From: Candidatus Heimdallarchaeota archaeon
Lineage (GTDB): Archaea; Asgardarchaeota; Heimdallarchaeia; Heimdallarchaeales; Heimdallarchaeaceae
Length of the DNA stretch: 32,000 bases
NCBI GenBank assembly: GCA_030668875.1
Contig: DAOVER010000026.1
Location: 1-32,000 of the forward strand
Direction: 5' to 3'
Shown: piece after piece, positions 26,388-32,000 of the stretch
Layout: each line of letters begins with the position of its first letter
How positions within the stretch are numbered: position 1 is the first letter of the stretch
Made by a program: the position numbers and the translations under genes
Notes under the pieces: generated by a model
What the model was told of the DNA's origin: nothing
What the model saw: only the letters and a program-made list of their open reading frames with translations
The model's database searches: none

Positions 26388-28742
26388 ATGAGTTTAGAGG
26401 AAATTCGAACCCTCATTTTAGATGATAAGAGTAATGAAATTCGACTAAATAACATCAAAATCTATCAACATTTGATAACATTACTTAAGGATAAGGAAGA
26501 TTATATTAGAAAACAAGCTACTTCAATTGTATTTGGTTCCGATTTCATTCCATCAGATAAAATTATTGACGAGTATCTAAGTGATCCTGACCCCTTGCTT
26601 AAGGATATAATTATCAATAAACTTCATTTTTTTGTCCCAATATTATCAAAATATCTTACTCAAGATAAAAGTTTCAAACCAATTTCAGAAATCATCAATT
26701 CGTTGAAAACTAAAACCATCCATGATGCAATAGCGAAATCATATAAGATTACACCCGTACTTACATCCCTTACAGAGCTCTCGATTAGGCTATGTCATTC
26801 TTCACTTGCTCAACAAGAAGAAACTATAATCTCCTTTCAGTTAGTTACTGATCATGCAAAAGAAGTTAAGAAAATACTTGTTTTCGGATTAAAGCAATCA
26901 GAACCTATTTATTCAGAACTTGTTCTACTAACAGTCACTTTGTTTCCAGAATTAGCTACTTTGATAGAAAAACAAATACGAGATGTTGTAGTGAAATCTA
27001 ATTCAGAAGAGCAAGTAAAATATGCATCAATTGCTCTTATGAATTTGCAAGAACCGAAGAATGCAGATGTGCTCATTTCGCGATTATTGAACAAAGAAGA
27101 TTCTATTGATACTAGATTATCAATTATAGAATCACTTGGAAACTTAGGTAATCCAAAAGCGAGTCAAGTATTAATTGATCAATTCTCTAAAGGCAATTCT
27201 CTTGCTTATTATTCAACTCGATCTCTTGCAATGCTTGGAGATAGTGTTCTCCCTCTACTCGTAAAAGAATTGGAGTATGATAACAAAGTCCCTTATATTA
27301 TTGAAACAATGAAACGCATCGGAGAAACTAGTTACGGTTATTTAATGGACGCTCTCAATAAAGGAAAGAGAAATGTGAGAAAGAACGCAGCTCAATGTCT
27401 TACTTTAGTCATGAGCCAGAAATATGGGTATGAAGGAGCAATACGTTTACTTACTTCACAACTCGCAGGAAAAAACACTGCAATTTTGGAGTCAGTTACA
27501 CAAGCATTACTAACTTTAGGAACTCCTTCCATTAGGGTTTTAATCAAAGACTTGGCCGATGATGACCTAAAACTAAGGAAAAATGCATTTGAGGTTTTGC
27601 AATATTTCGGCTATGATAACATCGAACTCGCTTTAGATGGTTTATTGGAAACTGATATCACACTCGGAGTGAAACTTGGTATCGTACTTTACATGTACTA
27701 TCCTGAGGCGGAGATGCAAAAATTAGGTTATAGTTTTGCTATTAGCAAGAACAAGATACGTAGCAAAGACGATGTAACCTACGAACTAATTGCAAAAGGT
27801 TTAAAGGAACTTGATCCTGATATCCGTGAAAAATCATGTGAATTACTTTATTACTTTGGGACAAAAGCCGTTCCAACACTTTCATCAGTCTTATCAGATC
27901 CAAATATCCAAGTTAGAAGGAAAGCTGTGGCATCTCTTAGGAAACTAAAAAGCAAACGAGCTCTTATTACATTAATAAAAGGCGCTAAAGATAATGATGA
28001 TATCATCGCAGAAATATCTACTCGAGCATTGGGTGAACTGAAAGATCCCGGTGTAATTGATGTAATAGTAAACAATATGAAACGCTCAAAAACTTTGGTT
28101 AGAGATGCAGCTGTATATGCTGCTACACAAATAGGTTCCCCTATAGCAAAGAAGCTTTCAGCTCAGTTAAATGCAAGTAATCAGAATTTGGTTAAAGCAA
28201 CAATAGATGCTTTGAGTAAGATGGATAGTAAAACTTTGAGAGTTATGTTGTCAAATTTGCAAACAGCTGAAGAACGTTGGTTTTCAAATATGAAGAAGGT
28301 GGTTCAACAGATGGGTCATTCAGCGATTCCAACGTTACAATCCTTACATAAAAAAGCTAAAAATGTAAAGGTAAATGAAAGACTGCTTATTTTACTCTCG
28401 CTATGTAAAGATACTAATGTAATTCCCAGTTTGATTGAATTAATACTTGAAGATAACCAGAAAATAGGCATTGCAGGTCTAAATAATTTTGGAGAAGATG
28501 GTAAAGATAAAATCGTAGAAGTGTTGCTAGATGCATCTACCAAAACTAGAAAACTATTCATTGAAAAATCTAAAGGATTGGAAGGTGAGCTAACTGTAGC
28601 TTTAATCTCTGCATTTGGACAAGAGAAAAAACTGAAATCTCTAGTTAATCCAATGTTTAAAGTTCACAATAGATCTGTCAGAAAATACTGTCAAACTAAA
28701 AATATGAAATATGAAGATTTCATAGAAAATTGTAAAAAATGA
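26388..28742 (+). CDS. HEAT-repeat (PBS lyase HEAT-like) alpha-solenoid protein
   Basis: Repeats such as DSIDTRLSIIESLGNLG, KRNVRKNAAQCL, DLKLRKNAFEVLQYFG, DPDIREKSCELLYYFG, DPNIQVRRKAVASLRKL, DDIIAEISTRALGELKDP. Starts 1 nt after the GTPase stop. Confidence 0.88.
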   Translation: MSLEEIRTLILDDKSNEIRLNNIKIYQHLITLLKDKEDYIRKQATSIVFGSDFIPSDKIIDEYLSDPDPLLKDIIINKLHFFVPILSKYLTQDKSFKPISEIINSLKTKTIHDAIAKSYKITPVLTSLTELSIRLCHSSLAQQEETIISFQLVTDHAKEVKKILVFGLKQSEPIYSELVLLTVTLFPELATLIEKQIRDVVVKSNSEEQVKYASIALMNLQEPKNADVLISRLLNKEDSIDTRLSIIESLGNLGNPKASQVLIDQFSKGNSLAYYSTRSLAMLGDSVLPLLVKELEYDNKVPYIIETMKRIGETSYGYLMDALNKGKRNVRKNAAQCLTLVMSQKYGYEGAIRLLTSQLAGKNTAILESVTQALLTLGTPSIRVLIKDLADDDLKLRKNAFEVLQYFGYDNIELALDGLLETDITLGVKLGIVLYMYYPEAEMQKLGYSFAISKNKIRSKDDVTYELIAKGLKELDPDIREKSCELLYYFGTKAVPTLSSVLSDPNIQVRRKAVASLRKLKSKRALITLIKGAKDNDDIIAEISTRALGELKDPGVIDVIVNNMKRSKTLVRDAAVYAATQIGSPIAKKLSAQLNASNQNLVKATIDALSKMDSKTLRVMLSNLQTAEERWFSNMKKVVQQMGHSAIPTLQSLHKKAKNVKVNERLLILLSLCKDTNVIPSLIELILEDNQKIGIAGLNNFGEDGKDKIVEVLLDASTKTRKLFIEKSKGLEGELTVALISAFGQEKKLKSLVNPMFKVHNRSVRKYCQTKNMKYEDFIENCKK

Positions 28743-28754
28743 CTCTGCTCTAGA

Positions 28755-29828
28755 TCAATAATTTAAAACGGATTCAATAGTTAACTCGTCTGTGTTGCCT
28801 TTTTCTTGTTTTGAAATTATTTTGCTTAAATTATTTGATAAAACAGGAGATAAAGAAAATTCATATTGGAGAGGTAGTAAAAACTGTACAAGTTTTGTGT
28901 TAGTACATCTCTTAATGCTTTCATCAGACAACTCAGGATTTTTGACATTTGCGAATATTTCATCAACTATTTCCAAAGTATCAATATGAGGGAAAATGGA
29001 ATTAAACAATACTTTAGTCTTATTTGTAGCTTCCTCATGGTTAAAATCACTAAATAGTTGAAATATATGGAAGTAACCCGCTTCTTCTAACCACATAAAC
29101 GATTTAGTATCCACATCATAAAGGCTTATACGTGGAAATTTCTCGATAATGGGTGTTGATACCTTAAATCCTTTCATCTCTTGAAAGGAGTTATTTGGTA
29201 AAAGATCAGCTGATGTAGAAATGATGAGATTTTTAGCATTGTATGTATAATCGTTTGTAATAATGCTATTGTCAGATTCTTCATATTTAAACTCGTTAGA
29301 CTCGCTAATAATGTGGACATTATTTTCCTCAGCGATTTTACTATATGTATCTATGAGGGTATGAATATCAGAACATGCAAATGAATCAGATATTTCAGTC
29401 AGAAAAACTTCATTTTCTCTATTTATGAAAGAGTAATTCCTAGCTATGTCTTCAGTTGCATAATTGTTGTGCTTAATATTTGTATCTGCTATTTTTGTGA
29501 GAACTTCATCCATCAAATCAAATGATTTTTTGGTTCGGAATAGAAGTGCTAAGGGATTTTTTGAGAGTTCAAACTGAGATGTGATAGAGTGCAGATCTTC
29601 TAATAATAATCCGGATTTTGAAAATGCTTTGGCCATCTGTGAACTCGGTAGTTCAGTAACTGGAAGTAGAATACTTGGTGTTAAGAATGAAAACGTATCT
29701 TTCCTATCTTCTCTCTGTAATAGTGTTATATCCTCATCTGGATTGTTTAATGAAATATAATAAGCAAGAGCTGATGCAGATAATCCATCACCTTCTATTA
29801 GAATATCTGTACTGTACATTCCACTCAT
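28755..29828 (-). CDS. Degenerate FAD-dependent oxidoreductase (DAO/sarcosine-oxidase-beta-like) fold protein
   Basis: N-terminal Rossmann-like DILIEGDGLSASALAYYIS; DAO-like blocks TLIDTYSKIAEENNVHI, YNAKNLIIST, FSLSPVLSNNLSKII. The glycine-rich FAD motifs are eroded. Confidence 0.6.
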   Translation of the reverse strand: MSGMYSTDILIEGDGLSASALAYYISLNNPDEDITLLQREDRKDTFSFLTPSILLPVTELPSSQMAKAFSKSGLLLEDLHSITSQFELSKNPLALLFRTKKSFDLMDEVLTKIADTNIKHNNYATEDIARNYSFINRENEVFLTEISDSFACSDIHTLIDTYSKIAEENNVHIISESNEFKYEESDNSIITNDYTYNAKNLIISTSADLLPNNSFQEMKGFKVSTPIIEKFPRISLYDVDTKSFMWLEEAGYFHIFQLFSDFNHEEATNKTKVLFNSIFPHIDTLEIVDEIFANVKNPELSDESIKRCTNTKLVQFLLPLQYEFSLSPVLSNNLSKIISKQEKGNTDELTIESVLNY

Positions 29829-29877
29829 ACGGTATTATTAGGAATACCTATATAAATTTAGAACATTATTTACAGAT

Positions 29878-30147
29878 ATGGCTCATGATATAATTCTAAA
29901 GGTTATCAAACAAGAAGGTAATTGTGCAGCAGGTCACAATGTAGGCGATGAAATCACAATTAGCTTCGAAAAGAATGAAATTAAAGGTAAAATATGCCTT
30001 CACGCACTTTATTCCGTTTTACCTAAAGTGTTTGCAATGGCTTACGGGGCAGAATTTCCTTGGCTAGAAGATGCTGATGTATCAACTCATGCGTGTCCAG
30101 ACGCACACAATCCATTAACCTATCAAGTTACAAGAATTCGAAAATAA
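29878..30147 (+). CDS. TIGR04076-like small Cys-containing protein
   Basis: GNCAAGHNVGDE, ICLHALYSVLP, GAEFPW, CPDAHNPLTYQVTR pattern; 89 aa. Confidence 0.8.
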   Translation: MAHDIILKVIKQEGNCAAGHNVGDEITISFEKNEIKGKICLHALYSVLPKVFAMAYGAEFPWLEDADVSTHACPDAHNPLTYQVTRIRK

Positions 30148-30169
30148 CTTTTCCTTTTTTTTGCTTTTA
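30148..30169 (+). terminator. Oligo-T terminator
   Basis: CTTTTCCTTTTTTTTGCTTTT directly after the stop at 30145-30147. Confidence 0.5.
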
Positions 30170-30232
30170 TATAGTCAAAGCTGATATATATTTTAGTTTA
30201 TCTTAAGCTATTTACATTCAAAGGTAAAGAAA

Positions 30233-31102
30233 TTGAGCAATAAATCTATTCTAGTGGAGCAGGATGGCAATTTTACAGTAAAGCAGTTTCACAACTTTGT
30301 TCAAGGAGTGAAACTGTACTTTGGAGATAACAAAGATTTAGTACATTTTATAAATGACATGATTCTCAATGAAAAATGCTGGAAAAAGATTTTTCAAGAT
30401 AGTGAATATGCAGAAGAAATAATCTTTAACAGAGATATTAATAGTTCAAAGGAATCAAATAAACAACAGGAAGAAAAGAAATTAATTGGATATTTTAGGG
30501 AATATTTTGAAGATCTTATCACTTCTAAAGTTACAAATCTAGAGAAACATCTTATTAAGCATTATACCAGGAAAAATTCGAAAAATGAAGAGAAATATAT
30601 ATTCAAAAATGAAGTAGATGCTTTTGTAAGTAACTTAATAGGTAGATTAGGGATTCATCAACCAAATTTCACAAGCAAATATAGTGAACCGTACCAGAAA
30701 GCTTTTCTTCTAAATAATCTTGAATATGACCAAATCTATAGACCCTCAGAAAAATTTTTATCCGAACTAAAGAAAAATGGTGCAAATTTAATAGTGTTAT
30801 TGAATGGGATATCTAAACATACAACTAAAGCAGGTTTTGACGATATTATAATCTGGAAACAATCTGATAAAGAATGTATCGATGTAAGAATTATTCAAAT
30901 GAAAAGCGGATCTCATCTAAATCTTAAAGGATCCTGGAACCCATTATATAACCATTATTCGAAATCTAGTTCTCTTGTTAGGTATAGAACATCAAAAAAA
31001 AGCAACTTTCTAGATGCGAAGATGAGAAATTGTTTCAGAAGACTGTTGAATTCAGAAATATCTCCTATTAGAAAAGAAATAACAAAAAAAATAATGGTTT
31101 GA
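30233..31102 (+). CDS. Hypothetical protein, possible PD-(D/E)xK nuclease
   Basis: 289-aa ORF with TTG start. GFDDIIIW...VRIIQMKSG resembles the D...(E/Q)xK motif of restriction-endonuclease-like folds. Confidence 0.45.
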   Translation: MSNKSILVEQDGNFTVKQFHNFVQGVKLYFGDNKDLVHFINDMILNEKCWKKIFQDSEYAEEIIFNRDINSSKESNKQQEEKKLIGYFREYFEDLITSKVTNLEKHLIKHYTRKNSKNEEKYIFKNEVDAFVSNLIGRLGIHQPNFTSKYSEPYQKAFLLNNLEYDQIYRPSEKFLSELKKNGANLIVLLNGISKHTTKAGFDDIIIWKQSDKECIDVRIIQMKSGSHLNLKGSWNPLYNHYSKSSSLVRYRTSKKSNFLDAKMRNCFRRLLNSEISPIRKEITKKIMV

Positions 31103-32000
31103 AGAATTTTATTGAACTTATTCTTAAGAAATATAGTTTCTATACTGAATGTGTGGGCGGAGGATTTTGGAGTAACTTTACAAAAAGTGCAGGTTGGACA
31201 CTAGAAAAACTTATCATAGATTTGAAGAAACAATATCCTGATATCTTGAAACGCCCGCTTCAAGATTATTTAAATGCAATAGTCAAGCAGAATCAATTTG
31301 TAGACTTAATTCAAAATGGTTGCACGCAGATTATTTCTCTGAATAAGAACAAACATTGGGAAATCTCATACACATATACATCTGAATCATTGTTTGAAAT
31401 TAAAATAAGAAATGAATTATGGAGTAAGAGAGTCAAATTTTCTGGGGAATATTTTCTACCTTGTTCCTTCAATAGAGTGGATGAACAGAACAAGAATATT
31501 TACATAAAACTCAAAGGATTTCCCCTATCGAAATCAGCAAGCAATATTAATGAAGCAATATGCAATTACTTGAATGATGTAATTAATAAAATCTGTTTCT
31601 CATTTCCAATCTCAGAACAACTTTATTGTGACATTCAAAATGATCCAAAATTACTATTATCTCAAATCAATAAAATCCATAAGAAAATCTATAGAGAATT
31701 CATCCTTTATATGCCTGAAATAAAAGATATTTTGGGTCCAAATGGATTTACTACAGTCTTATATACACTGTCTGAAGATTTAGATTTTAAGGAATATATT
31801 GATGCGATCTTCAATCTCTGGTCAGTTAAACCATATGATGTGGTTCTTCACATGATACACCCAAGTAAACATGTACTATCTGATTTTTACAGCAAAACTC
31901 AAGAAAAACTTCTAGGTGATATAACCAAACTTGAACATAAAATGCTAAGATTAGTATTGGAGTTTTTTACTTCAGATAATTTGAGAAAAAAGAGTAAAAA
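31099..32000 (+). CDS. Hypothetical protein, 3'-truncated by the window edge and absent from the supplied ORF track; may be the frameshifted continuation of 30233..31102
   Basis: I translated this frame by hand. It is stop-free from 31072 to 32000 (LKNFIELILKKYSFYTECVGGGFWSNF...LEFFTSDNLRKKSK). The TTG at 31099 overlaps the upstream TGA (TTGA). Confidence 0.75.
   Translation, partial: MKNFIELILKKYSFYTECVGGGFWSNFTKSAGWTLEKLIIDLKKQYPDILKRPLQDYLNAIVKQNQFVDLIQNGCTQIISLNKNKHWEISYTYTSESLFEIKIRNELWSKRVKFSGEYFLPCSFNRVDEQNKNIYIKLKGFPLSKSASNINEAICNYLNDVINKICFSFPISEQLYCDIQNDPKLLLSQINKIHKKIYREFILYMPEIKDILGPNGFTTVLYTLSEDLDFKEYIDAIFNLWSVKPYDVVLHMIHPSKHVLSDFYSKTQEKLLGDITKLEHKMLRLVLEFFTSDNLRKKSK

Noticed and set aside
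157-31493. Short antisense or nested ORFs in the track (e.g. 157..366, 624..812, 1814..2023, 6904..7104, 10452..21961 series, 21994..22248, 22609..22884, 23743..23928, 24353..24589, 26032..26340, 28316..28561, 28792..28989, 29675..29893, 31311..31493)
   Set aside because: All are shadows of longer, motif-supported genes on the opposite strand and have no recognisable motifs.

Overview
AT-rich archaeal window, most likely from an Asgard archaeon. That assignment is inferred from the co-occurrence of topoisomerase VI, Alba, a Rab-like GTPase, tubulin/FtsZ-superfamily paralogues and a CD36-like protein. From left to right: the 3' end of a tnpB (IS200/IS605/IS607-type); a tubulin/FtsZ-superfamily GTPase translationally coupled to a polytopic membrane protein; pyruvate kinase; a second, degenerate tubulin-like paralogue with an acidic tail; a CD36/LIMP-2-like two-anchor surface protein with an inserted LVIVD beta-propeller; a 4209-aa topoisomerase VI subunit B; topoisomerase VI subunit A; Alba; a CPBP protease / Rab-like GTPase / HEAT-solenoid operon; a degenerate DAO-fold flavoprotein; a TIGR04076-type protein; and a possible PD-(D/E)xK nuclease gene followed by an overlapping ORF that runs off the window end. 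The Top6B carries about 3500 aa of HhH-like repeats, partly on a ~122-aa period, and a Lys-rich tail. The Top6A carries an N-terminal ubiquitin-like domain. The strongest candidates for undescribed biology are this remodelled topo VI and the divergent tubulin-like pair. I saw no rRNA, tRNA or CRISPR array. All family assignments come from motif recognition by eye; no database searches were run.
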